NCBI GenBank assembly: GCA_028534125.1
Contig: CM052816.1
Span: forward strand, 11,100,001-11,164,000
Source: Lama glama
Lineage: Eukaryota
Direction: 5' to 3'
DNA: 64,000 bases
Shown: positions 11,953-24,640 of the stretch, piece after piece
Numbering within the stretch: the first letter of the stretch is position 1
Layout: each line of letters starts with the position of its first letter
Notes under the pieces: generated by a model
Databases searched by the model: none
Told to the model about the DNA's origin: nothing
The model's input: only the letters and a program-made list of their open reading frames with translations
Program-made: the position numbers and the translations under genes

Positions 11953-14211
11953 CTGTTAATTCACAAGAAGTAATGGTCACTTGTGTTTATCTTTTTCCCT
12001 TAAATTACTAAATTCTACCCAAACGTAAAGCACTGGGAGAAACTACTAGTTTTACAGTCCATTCAAAAACATTCATCTAGGTTGCATAAGCAATGTTTCT
12101 CCATAACAAAAATGATTACTAAAAAGACTGGAGAGAAATACATCAAAACAGTAGCAGTAGTCATCTCTGGGTTATAGCATCACGGTTGAATTTTGCTTTA
12201 TTCTTTATACTTTAACTGCCTATTCCACATGTTAGGCACTGGATTACTTTCAAAAGAAAAAAACTGATTCTTCTATTTTTAACACCCACCACACTAATGC
12301 CTCCACAGCTCACCTGTAATAGGAACCAACCATAAGAGAAAAAGTACTTTACAAAATATCACAGGAATAACTAAAAAAGAAAAATCGGGTATACATAACC
12401 CTTTATTCTCTCTTTCTACAAGAAAAAATGTTAGCTAGGAAAATATTCATCATTTCCTATTTTTCAAATAATAATAATAATGTAGCTCATCAAAGACATG
12501 AACATCAGTAAGTTTAAAAGATACAGTAAAATAATTATCCACCTTTAGGGAAAATAAATGGCATATATTACAATTAAAATTAAAATCTCCTAGAGCCACT
12601 ATTGATTCAATGTTATCTCTGATGATTCCTTCAATGATTGCTGACACAACCCAAGATCCTGAACCAAACAATTTAAATATAATTGCTATGTCTTTCTTAC
12701 TAATGCAGAAAAGAGGTCTGCCCTTTTTAAAACAGATTTTGAACAGGGATTAAAAAGACTTCCTCTATAAGCTACAAGGTAACATTAAAATTCAATTATC
12801 CAAAGCATCTTAATCTGGATAATAGGATAGACACTATGCTGATAATATGAAACTATATTTCATTTTCCTAAATATCTTTTCTTTCCTACACTTCAGTTTT
12901 TCTGGATGCAGTTTAGCATCTTTCAAGCACCAGCACACAGGCCCATGTTCTATGGTACACCCACCTAAAACATAGCTCATTCACCAGAAGCTGGAAATCA
13001 CTTGGATTTAATGTAAAAACCACACAATTATCCATCAAAACCAAGAAAAAAATCATGTTAGAAACCATCCCATTACAACATCTGATATATCTCAATTAGA
13101 GTTACACTAATCCATTATATTTTATAATATTCGATAAGGAGGTTTAACTCTTAAAGGCACAAATTAGAATAAATTCACATGTAACAAGTTATACTAGTCA
13201 GTAGGTCAGAAAGTTACTTCTTTTTTTAATCTTGAAGAAAATATAAAACCATTTAACAGTTTGTTTAAGGGAGCTGGAGGAAGGTGGGGGACTATGTTAC
13301 CAGGAAGGCAACACAATTCCTAAGCAAAGTATTAAAACTTTGTGTTTCTTCCAAAAAACATAACCCTATCTAAACAGAATTAATACCACTTAAACAGTAT
13401 CTCTATTTTTAGTAAGTTCACTCTTGATTATCTAAGCTAAGAGAAGGCAGGTGATACCACTGTATTTATTTGGTTTCAGAATTATAAAAATTGGTTTGTT
13501 AAACTAAGATGACATATATACATACTCAATCAAAAAGAATACAATCTCAAAAGTAGATATTTGAGAGTTGATACCTTCACAACCTCATTTCAGACAATAA
13601 CTGAGTCTATATACACTAAAAAGGGATACAAACCTAAGGTGAAAATATCAGAAGTTATTATTTAAAGAAATCCTACAATAATTCTATTTGTAAAATTGTA
13701 AGTTACCATATTTTTTTCAGTAGGGGGAGAAAAATCGAAATATTGTGCTTACAAAATCCAAGTGTTGCCACTTTCTAGACGCTATCCTAGGCATCATTTC
13801 TGGGGAGAATTGCTCAGGATATACATACACACGTATGTATTTAAACTTACTGGCAACATGCATCACTGAAAATAAATTCCTCCCATTCTATATATTAGGA
13901 TTTCAAACTTCATTTCACATAAAGAAGGATTACTAAAGAAAATTCTCAGCAATGAAGGCAAGTTGGAACTCCCCTAATTCAGTGCTGATTTTTTGCATAT
14001 ATTTTCCTATCACCATCTAAATTCCCCTTCTGAATTTCCATACTAATGACTGTTACCATTACTTCTGGAGCAACACGTTAATATAAGGATGTTCTCTTTA
14101 GTTCCCAATTTCCTTTAAACTGAAAATGAAGAATACAGATTTTTAAGGCAAAAGTCATGTATGATATTGACACTAAACCAGCAAAGAAACAGCAATCTCT
14201 ACATTTTTTAC

Positions 14212-14437
14212 CTGGAGGTGTGGAGGGCCCATAGGTGGAGGAATCCCTCCTGGAGGAGGCATCGGTGGCATATTAGGATCAAAAGGAGGACGTCCAAATG
14301 GAGGCCGAGGTGGTGGAGGAGGGCCTCGCATCATACCAAAAGGTGGAGGAGGTCGCATGAGAGGTGGTGGGCCTCGCATCACTGCGTTTGGTGGGGGAGC
14401 CGGGCCTCGGAACCTCAAGGCCTGCTGTTGAGCCATC
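14212..14437 (-). CDS. TCERG1: TCERG1 exon 2, Pro-rich region (MAQQQALRFRGPAPPP...MGPPHLQ)
   Basis: ORF 14173..14475; acceptor ttcccacccag|G ATG, donor CAG|gtaaaa; 59+226 = 285 nt, in frame. Confidence 0.97.
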
Positions 14438-15429
14438 CTGGGTGGGAAAGCAATATATATATTTTTCTCTCTCAAAATAACTAAAATGTAGCCACTAATC
14501 TCTAGTTATATTGAAGTTAAAAAGCTCCTTAATAGCAAGTAGAGTTGGAAAGTCATCATTTTGTACCATCGTGGTGAAGACTGTATTAGTAAGAATAATC
14601 AATGGACACCAAATCTAGGAGGAAAGTTAGATGAGGGAGATACCTGGATGGTCTCGAAATATCTCCCCACCTGCTGCTTACAGCTGCAAAGAAGGATGAA
14701 GAAAACACTATGCAATAGGGAAACTGATCTATTTCAACACCTTGATCAGGTGATTGATTTATTATTATCTAAAAAGGACAAAAGACATTATGTCACTGAG
14801 AGGGAGACAGTATCACCTATTCCAGGCAAGAATGTATAAACTCAATCTAATAATGAGGAACTAGTAGACAAACACAAAATGAGGAATGTACTATTAGAAA
14901 GTGGGGGAAGGGGGTGTTTTATTCAGAAAAGTCAATGTTACACATAAAAAACAAAGAAAGAGGCTACGGTAATGTTCTAGATTAAAGCAGGCCAAAGAGA
15001 CATGACAACACAATACCAACTCTAGACAGGATCCAGGAAGAGGGAAGAAATGCTATAAAGGACATTTGGATTAATAGCACTGAAACATCAACAATAGATT
15101 AAAGTACTGTATTAAGCAGAACAGGTAAAATTTTAACATTAACCATACTATCTTTATTTTTGCAACTTTTTAGAAGATTGAAATTATTTCCAAATAGAAG
15201 GTTTTTCTAGCAAGGGAGGGTAGCAGCTTACCAGATTACTCTTAAGAGATCCCACTAAAGGGAAAGGCTTTCTCTACACTGCACCCTACCCCACTTTCAA
15301 TCTCTAGCTACACACACTACTTAATTTTCCTCATGGCATGTAAGTAGATGAGCAATATCACATTAAGACGGTATTATCTAGCTCTTCTCATAAGCGCTTC
15401 TTAAAAAAATTAACTCTTCCATAGTGCCT

Positions 15430-15610
15430 ACCATGTGCTAGGTGGTGGTGCTCTTTTTAAGTCATTTAACCATAACATCCTACAAGATTTTCTCAGCCTC
15501 ATTTTACAGATTAAGACACACATGTGTAAAATAACTTGCCCAAGGCCACACAGCTGGTCTAGTGCTAAAGCCAGAATTCAAATGGCTCTTAAACACTACA
15601 CCATGCTGTC
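15430..15610 (-). mobile_element. MIR SINE fragment
   Basis: cattttacagatta...aacttgcccaaggccacacagctgg...gccagaattcaaa. Confidence 0.7.
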
Positions 15611-18600
15611 TCTCTAAGCCCCTTTAGAGCAGAAGTTGTCTGTCCTCTTCACATTTATGCCCAGCGCCTAGTTATGCCTGCACATTAACAGGGCTCAATA
15701 AGTATTTGTTGAATGAACAATGAGTATCTAGGTGATACTGCACCCAAGCTATCTTAGGAATAGGGTATGTAGAACCTTATAAAAAGGTTTACTGTAACTT
15801 GCCATAGTCAGTTACTGAGTACCTATCACAGTCTCCCCAGGAGCTAATATAAATCTCTCCATTATACATGAAATTTACATTCCAGTGCTCAAGAGACGAT
15901 TAACAAGTATACTCCTTATGTACGACTGCTGATAATCATTCTTACACTCTCATCAGGCTCTTTCAACTTTCCTACATTTTTAACCCTGTGCTTAAGACTA
16001 CTCTTTCAACCTTCTCTAAATTTTTCAATTCATAGGTCATTCTGATCAAAAAAATCCTAAAAAAGAACGAGTTTGCCTCTAGAAGAGCACTAGGATTGTA
16101 AACACATCCAAAACTACTATACCAAGCATATTTAGCCAAGCTTGAAAATGATCCCACACTTAAATGTTAGAAAGTATGAGTTAACACAGTGACTGCAAAA
16201 AGGAGTAAGGACTGGATCAAAATAACCAGTCTTTTTCAAATTATATGCACTCCCAAAAGAGCTGGCCCTGTTACTGAAGGAATGTCTTGACTTTTAGGGC
16301 AGAAAAAAACTTAATCACCAAGGAAAGATATTCTGTTTCAGCCTTCAGTTAATAATAAACCTTTATCTTAGATTTCCCTTGAGTCTGACTCTTCCGTTTC
16401 AAAAAATCTACACTATTTCTTTCTTAACAATTTCATACTCCCTAGTTATTACCTGAAGTTAAGCATTTTAGGCTCTAGAATAAAGAAAAGTCAAACCAGG
16501 GCTCTGCCTTTTGTTATCAGGCTATTTATATGTTTTCTGAGCCTGAATATATACTCAGATGTAAATGAGCTGGGGGCAGGAGGACAGAAGTAAAACATCC
16601 CACCCTCCTCTCTGTTCAGTGACATAATCCCCATGAATCATTTAGGATACTACCTAGTACACAGCAAACTATTTAAACTATAATTACTTTCATTCTCCCT
16701 CAAATCCTAGCACAGTGCTCTACCTGAAAAGGCACTTCGTTGCCAATTTGCCTAGATGGCTTTCAAAAGCCTGCCACTAAAATGGTGACAAAATTCACAT
16801 AACTTCCTGTCAACAGCCTCAAGTTGCTATTTCTGATGTCAGAGGTGTATAGCACAGATGCTGAGCTCTTTACATACACTGCTGCATCACAACGACCTTA
16901 CCAGAACCTACAATGAGGATTAAATGAGCTAATAAAGTACTTGGAACAGCGCCCAGCACATAAGTGCTAAGTATTAGCTATTATTGCTGTCGCTATAACA
17001 TTAGTACAGTAACAGTATTAGTAAGTGTTAAATAGTATTAGCACTAGAAGTAGTATTGTCTATTATTATTACTATATTGTTATTAGCAGCCTCTATATAA
17101 CCTGGCCCCTGTTGACCTCTTTATAGACTAGTTTTGATCAACGACTTCATTACCTTGAAGCCTTTAAACTCACTGTTCCCTCTGCATGGCAAGCTTTTCC
17201 CCAAATCTTTACAGAACTCAGCCTGAGCTCAAGTGTTACCTCAAACTCCTTTCCCACACTAGTCTCTCCCAACCCCTCCCTAGATCACTACCCGATTTAA
17301 GTTTACAATTATGAGAAATGCTATGAAGAAATCTGACTTGTGTTTACTTATGTATTATCTCTACCCACAAGTATAGTTTCCCCTTAGGATAGTGCTGCAT
17401 CCTAGTGCCCAGGATGGTAGGTGTTCAATTATTGCCTCAATTACAATAAGTAAATCCTGTGTACTTCCTATATACCAGGCACAGTTATACAGACATTTGC
17501 ACTAATCCTTTCAATCCTCACAACAACCCAATAAGATTGTTTGGCACCATTTTTGCAGAGGAAACCATGGTACAGAAAAAGCACTTGCTTAAGGCAGCAA
17601 GTGAGTAGCGACACCAGCATATTCTTACTCCCATTGTACAGTCGAGGAAATTTAGACTCCAAATACCTTGTCATAAGTCATAAAGCATTAATAAGCAAAC
17701 AAAGGCCACAGGTAAAGGATCTATACAAATACGACTCTGAAAGTAATTTTAATGGCCCACAACCAGAAATGGATGGATGGCATTTGGATTTCCAAATAAA
17801 TTCTCTGTACCATAGTTATTTTGCATTCCTACCACTTTAAATCTTCAGGAAAACAGGTGCCTGCTTGCATGAACAGAAACACACAAAATTTTTTTATAGG
17901 AACAAATGTATTTCCCTCAAAGTACCCTGTCCAGCTATGCAATCTTCCCAAGGGTGAAGACAAGACGGAAAACACTGTAATATCGTGAAGACAAGGCTGA
18001 AAATACTTTAATAACAGGAGGAGCAAAATTTTTTAATGCTTATATACAGGAAGCAAATTATAGTAAGGTAGACCATAAGTGAGAAGACCTTGGTTTTAAT
18101 CCAGACCCTACCAACTCAGTGACCTTGGGTAAGTCTCCACACTTGCAAGTGCTTCCTCACTTGACGTGGTTAGTTCAGAATTTATATCAGTCTTAATCAG
18201 CATGGAAGCTCCTTGAGGACAACGGTTTCTGGTTTGGTTCAAGACTCTACTGCCAGCACCTAGGTCGGTGGCTATCACAACATACACTTAATAAATGTAG
18301 GTCCAATAAGTGAACCATCTCTCAAACTCCTACATTCATTTATTTATCATATATCCACTGAACACCTTACTGCCAAGTATTAAGATAGCAACACGCTGTG
18401 AAATACATTCAGGATACAAATACAAAAACTAGGCCCCAATTTCTGCCATGATAGGCCACATAAATAACTAATTTCTCTGAAACCATGAGAAATGCTAAAA
18501 TAAAGGTCTGTACAATATGCTCTGAAGGTCACTTCCAACTCAACAAGCTGAGGTACAAAATATTTGCAAAAGAACACCTAATTTAAAGCCCTATTCAAAT

Positions 18601-19499
18601 TAGTTTTGCAACAATGCCTAGACTACTATTAATAAAGTTTAAAAGGCTACTCATTGTAAAACTGAAGAAAGATGTCTGAAAAATAAAGGAACAGTTCCCA
18701 AATAAATCCCTAAGACTAGCTAAGTAACCTTCTCTAGAGAACAGAATCAGAAACAAACCTTCCATCGCTAATACTGAGCGACCCTGACAATTCTTTCATT
18801 GCTCATGGCTAAAGTGGACATACAGGGTTTAAAGGATATGAGATCTAACCCTGCAATAAGACTTTATTCCTGCCAAAGTAAGAATTTGTGTGTATGACCA
18901 CTCAGAATCTAAAAGACGTGACTTTTTTTTCCCTGAAAACTTGAATGACAATGCCCATTTTCCATCTACAATTTCATCTTGAGTTCTAGACAATACTAGA
19001 GTCCTCATAACTTCCACTGCTCTTTTTTCACTCTCAAAGGCTGACAATGGCACAACTCAGAATGGGAGCTGAACATTGGAGATGACACGTTCCCGTCCAG
19101 GGGGGAAAATATGTATCAGATATACATAAATCTCAGTACTTCGTTTGCCTGAAAACTAGTGACTAAAACATTTTAAAGACACTTCAATTTTTCCCAAATC
19201 TTAATTAAAAATCCCACAGGCAGTGAGAAACCAGGGCAAGAAAGGTCACTGCCCTCTTTGGGGCAATGGCGTGAGCAGTCGAATAGGCTCCCGAGCCTGG
19301 CTGCCTGGGTTCAAGTCACTTCCTGGAGCCACAATACCCACCAAAGTGACCGCGTTCTACTACCCCAACCTCTAACAGGCTCAGTTTCCTCACCTGTAAG
19401 TTGGGCAAGTCACATAAATGAAGATGGATCTAGACTGGGGCCTGCAAAATGCAAACAGCAACTACTCCAAACGGTGGGTGTGAGGATCGGAGGAGACGA

Positions 19500-20600
19500 C
19501 TCCTAAGTAGAGGGCTGCCTGGCCCACGGAAGCACGGAGCAAACGGCTGCCGCTATTGTTGATATTCACAAATACGGGATAAGGAATCAAAGGGTAAGAG
19601 AAAGGAAGGCCGCACGAAGTTGAAGAAAAGCAAGAGATGGGGGGTAAAGACTGGGACAAACAGGGGACCCCAAGGACCGCGGAGCGCGTGGAGAAGGCCG
19701 GGCCAGGTGTGCCGGGCGCTGGGGACTTCCGTGCGGCGTGCAGGGCTTCGGGGGGTAAAGCTGGCCCGCGGGGGCGCGGACCCGGCGGAAGGCTGAGGTC
19801 GGCGGGCCGAGGCGGAGGCGGCCCGCGCCTGAGGCGGGGCCCCAAAGCGGCAACGCCAGGCCCAGCCCGTGGGCCGCAAGCCGCGAGGGGCGCCGGGCCC
19901 CGACAAAACCGCAGGGAGAGCCCCGAGAAGGCGCAGGAGGCCGCGGCCCAGCCCCGGCTGGGCTCCCTCATTCAAGCCACCTTCCCCTTCCCCCTTCTCC
20001 AACCCCATGCGGTCCTGGCCCCTCAGCCGCCACGGCTCCTCGTCCCACCCGCCACCCCGGCTCTCCGCGCGGCAGGCCTAGCCCTGGGACGCCGGAGCGC
20101 CGATATATAAGGAAGAGCAGCGCCTCTTACCTGAGCTCCCCCGGGTTGAATCGCTCACCGTCCCCCCCGTCCCCGCCACGCTCCGCCATTACAGAGGGCC
20201 GCGTTCATCCACCCGCCGACTCAGCGTCCTCTATTGGCCGGACGGATCGTCAATCCCGCGCAAGAGAGGCGGAGATAGCAGGGACCTGTAAAATGATTGG
20301 TCAAACTTTCCATCAATCCTCGAGATGAGGGTGGTATCTGCTTTATTATTGGTGAAAGGGCCCGCCGACTTTAAAAGCGGTATGGAGACAGCTAGTTGAT
20401 TGGTCAGTCCGAGGCTTTATGGGAAACCGGACTTTAGCAACGAGAAACCGCCGGCGCCCTCTTGCGGTAAGCAAAACTAGGTCCTCCCACGTACCGCTCC
20501 GCCGGCGGTAGCCACGTGTCTGCCGGCTTCCAGGAAACCCAACTGTGGAGCCATATTGGCTTCATACTGGCTCAGGCCGGGACCGTTTCCACTGCGTGAG
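19500..20600. promoter_or_regulatory. CpG island over the TCERG1 promoter, exon 1 and 5' intron 1
   Basis: Very high GC and CpG density against AT-rich flanks; contains the start codon, with a YY1-like CCGCCATT overlapping the ATG. Confidence 0.93.
20131..20189 (-). CDS. TCERG1: TCERG1 coding exon 1 (MAERGGDGGDGERFNPGEL-R)
   Basis: ATG at 20189-20187 inside a CpG island; the translation closely matches the known TCERG1 N-terminus; ends CTC AG|gtaag; 59 nt, phase 2, which fits exon 2. Confidence 0.95.
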
Positions 20601-20637
20601 CCAATCAACAATCGGCCTGGGTCTCCCTCAAACCAAT
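20233..20637. promoter_or_regulatory. CCAAT-box (NF-Y-type) cluster in the TCERG1 promoter
   Basis: ATTGG at 20233, 20296, 20348, 20399 and 20555; CCAAT at 20601 and 20633. Confidence 0.7.
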
Positions 20638-21079
20638 CACAGAGTTGCTGTGAAAATGAGCTGTTTCCCAGCTTTTCAGAAAATCAGGAGTCTTAAGGCA
20701 CCATCCGATTATACCCATGTTATAAAATAATATATTACTAACTACAAGAATATCTCTCAAATTGTATTAAATAATTACCTGCAGACTGATGAGTATTATA
20801 AGTTGCTGTTATTAAGTAAGTTGGGGAAGGCAAGCCTCTTCACAAAGTACAGGTTAAAGGATTTGTCCTTCAATTTCAAAATACATCTTTCTGAAATTCA
20901 TATACCCTGATACCCAGAAGAAATTCTGAATATTTATTTCACTCTTAAAGAAAAAACAAAATAAACAAACAAAACCCTGTTAGGCACTGGGGTTTCAAAG
21001 GCACTGGTGAAGATGAACTCTAACATTAAGGAGCTCAAAATTTTAAACTAATAATAGGCATATTTGACTCAGATCTAAC

Positions 21080-21290
21080 CATATAAACCAAGCACTGTCC
21101 TAAGTACTTTCCATATGTTATTTGTTTTTGGTCTCATTAAAAGGCTTCATAAGAGGTGGGTACTATGAATAGCCACAGTTTATAGGTGAGACTGAGGCAC
21201 AGAGAAGTTGAGTTACTGGTCCAAGTTCACACAGCTAGTATATGGCAAAGTCTGGCCTTAAACCCAAGACCGTGTGGCAGTAAAGCCCCA
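21080..21290 (-). mobile_element. MIR SINE fragment
   Basis: gagactgaggcacagagaagttgagttactggtccaagttcacacagctagta. Confidence 0.75.
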
Positions 21291-21319
21291 TTGTTAAACA
21301 TTATGATCCAAAAAATTTG

Positions 21320-21785
21320 AAACCATAAATCTACACAAAAACTTGTACACAAATGTTCATACCACCATTATTCATAACAGCAAAAATGTCCCATCAATTG
21401 CTGAAAGAATTAAGAAATATGGTCTATCTATACAAAGGAATATTTTTCAGTCATTAAAAAGGATTAAGTACTGATACATGCTACAGCATGGATAAACCTT
21501 GAAAACATGCTAAGTGGAAGAAGTCAGACACCAAAAGCTACATATTGTATGAGTCTATTTATGTGAAATACCCAGATTAGACAAATTTATAGACACAGAA
21601 AATGGATTTCTAAGAGGTGGGGGGAGTAACTGCTCATGGGTATGGGGTTTCCTTTTGGCTGATGAAAATGTTGCAGCATTAGATAGTAGAGATGATTGCA
21701 CAATTTGGTAAATATACTAAAATCCATTGTGAACACTTTAGAGGGTGGGTTTTATTGTATGTGAATTATTGTATTTCAATAAACA
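21320..21785 (+). mobile_element. Old L1 (L1M-type) 3' end fragment
   Basis: acacaaaaacttgtacacaaatgttcat...catggataaaccttgaaaacatgctaagtg...tatttcaataaa. Confidence 0.85.
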
Positions 21786-24419
21786 CCATGCTATACTGAT
21801 TCCCAGTTAAATACTCAAAATCAATTAAGTATGATAAAATGTGATAAAGGCCAAACAAAGTTCTGAGCATGATTGTTTGGAGAAGGAAAGTGAGGGTAAA
21901 ATTTCACTCAATATGTAAAGTTTGAACAAACTAGTTTAAGAGCGGAAGGCTAGATAGATCCCTTTTTCAACATCAGCATGCCTCCCCAAGTCCTGGCCAA
22001 ATATCCAAACATAATACTAGTAAAGATGGCTCGTAACAAAGTAACCCCCACTGCTGGAGATGATGATCAGGAGGTGGAACACCACCTGTCGACTCACTTT
22101 GTTGTTTTTAATTCTGCAGTTCTTTAAATTATAAACGTCATATCATTCCATCCCTAAATACATCAATATGTATCTCTTTTTTAAAAAATCCCACAGTTTT
22201 CTACATGTCAAAAATAACATTTTCACACCTAACAAAATTAACAGTAATACCAAATCCATATTCATATCAAGAAACAGGACAAAGGGCAGTTGAATAGCTA
22301 AGAGGTTAAGTAACCAAGGTGGCTCAGATAGTAACTTCCGTGTCCAGTTGAATACAGACTCCAGGAGAATAGGAATGCACTCGTGGTTTTTAATCAGTTT
22401 CTCCTGAATATAGCTCAGTGCCAGTCAATAAATAAGTCAATGAGCAAATTAATTAAAATGATTATCATTTCTGGTTGATATCAAAAAACATTCTAATATC
22501 TACTGAAGACTTTGAGATTAGCTTCAAAATAAAGGGAGCAGCAAGGGTGGAGAGAGAGTGGGAGGGGACAGGAGTGGGTTAGAGATGAAACAAGGTTGAC
22601 TCTGCCTTGATAACTATTGAAGCTGGGTGATGGGTAGATGAGGGTTTATGATACTATCATCTCTACTTTTCAAATATTGAAAATTTCGATTAATAGAGAA
22701 AATATTCTAAGTTCTTGAAACATTAAACTATAGGGAACTGAGTATTTAAACTGATACACAACAAAATGTATCTGCTTACATTTTTAGTTTATAGTCAGAT
22801 AGCAAATAAGAAAGAGCTAATGATACGAGCTAGCCCAACACAAGCTAAATTGGATCTGTCTCTATTTGGAATAGTGAATTTTCAGACCATCGTGACTCAA
22901 TTTCATTAAACTCTCAAATCAAATAACTTACTGCCCTTATGCTGCTTATAATCACACTGAGCTGCTTTCTGATAACTTTATTTGCTCTGTAAGTCTACCC
23001 ATAGAGAGAGGACAGGGATGTCTGGCCCACCTGACAGGTGTAATTCTCTGTAAATAAATTGGCTTTGGCATTCTGGTTTATAGAGATGGATCTTTACGTG
23101 CTCAGTTAAAATGAGTGTTCTTGACTTTGATTCCAGTCTTTTTTTGCCAATAAAATCTCTCTGGGGGACTGTAAAGCTAGGAGTACAATCCTTAACCACA
23201 CATACTCCCCAAAGTCAGGGGTACCTTGGGCACTCTCTTTGTCACTCATATAGTTGAGCTTTTTGTAGGGACATCTCTGGGCACTACTTGCCCTTATTGG
23301 ATGAACATCTTGTCCAATCCTCTTACTCTGTAGATGGAGCTACAAAAACTAAGGTACACATCACAATATGGCTGTGGTTTCTACCCTCTGCACTTGGTGT
23401 CACTGAGAGTCAGTTATCCGGAAGCTTAAAACGTATTTTTTAAACTTTTCATTTTGGAGTAATCTTGGATTTACAGAAGAGTTGCAAAGTTAGTATGGAG
23501 ATTCTCTGCACCCAGCTTCCCTTAGGGTTAACATATTACATAACCATGGTACATTGATCAAAACTAAGAACAGGAGGGGAATTTTAGGCCACATTAAGAT
23601 ATCTAACTTGGGCAGCCTGGGTTAAGACACAGGGATAACGTCTTCAACCTTACAGTTCAAGTATGTAGTTATAATCACAGGCATAAATTCTAAGTTGACT
23701 TGTTCTCGTTTTGGACTTTGGTTTACTCTGTATCATAGTCAGATGCCTTTGTTAACTAGATACTGTAGGATTTTTAGAACAGAACAGAAATGGAGGAGTG
23801 GGGAGATTTTCATCAGCCAAAAGGAAACCCCATACCCATGAGCAGTTACTCCCCCCACCTTTGAATTAGGAAGTTTCCAGAACTGCCATGGTCACAGGTC
23901 CCTTTATGCAGAAGAACTTGTTAGGCCAAAGCAATCTTACTAAAAAGTAAATAAGAAAACAAATCACTATTAGTGGAACTCACTGTTACTGAAATGGTAC
24001 ATTCATTCATTGCCTTTCTAATTTCAGTACATTTCTATACTGGTAAATGCAAACAGTATAATGAGACCTAACTCCTGCCCTCAAGGAGCTTATGGTCTAA
24101 TGAGGAAGACTAAGAAGCAAAAAGTGCAGCACAGGTAAGATTTCCAACAGCGATTAGCTCAGATGCTGGAAAGCCCTGCAGAGGGCCAGGAGACCCAGCC
24201 CTGCAGGCAGTGCCCTCTATCCCTGAGGTCAGGCCGGCTCCCTGGTAGGAAGCATGTGATTGTGTTAGGCGTACCAGATGGGAGGGCATTTCAGGTGGCA
24301 GCAAAGCATGGGATGGAGTAAGGACATTTTAACTCACCTCACCATTTTGTTTGAAAGGACATTTCAATGCTGCAAGACCAAGAAGTAAGCAATCAACATA
24401 AAGGACCACTGTAGCTTCT

Positions 24420-24640
24420 CTGTCACGGGCTGCCTGGGTTTGAATCCTGCATTTGCCTCTTACCAGCTATATAGTTGGGGACAATTTCTTTCCAGTCTTT
24501 TTGCTGAAGTTTCCCTATCTTAAAATGGAAATAATAATTATATCTCCCCCAAAGAGTTTCTGTGAGTGTTGAATGAATGTAAGGCCACGTAAAGTATTTA
24601 GAACAGGGATCCTAGTATGTGCTCAATAAACATTAGCTAT
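24420..24640 (+). mobile_element. MIR SINE fragment
   Basis: gcctgggtttgaatcctg...agtttccctatcttaaaatggaaataataa...gtgctcaataaacattagctattat. Confidence 0.75.

Noticed and set aside
19462..20110. Several overlapping 70-169 aa ORFs on both strands in TCERG1 intron 1
   Set aside because: Expected from stop-codon scarcity in a GC-rich CpG island; Pro/Arg/Gly/Ala-rich with no recognisable domain.
20104..20110. TATATAA on the + strand just inside intron 1
   Set aside because: Wrong side and orientation for the TCERG1 TATA box; a single 7-mer is too little to call an antisense promoter.
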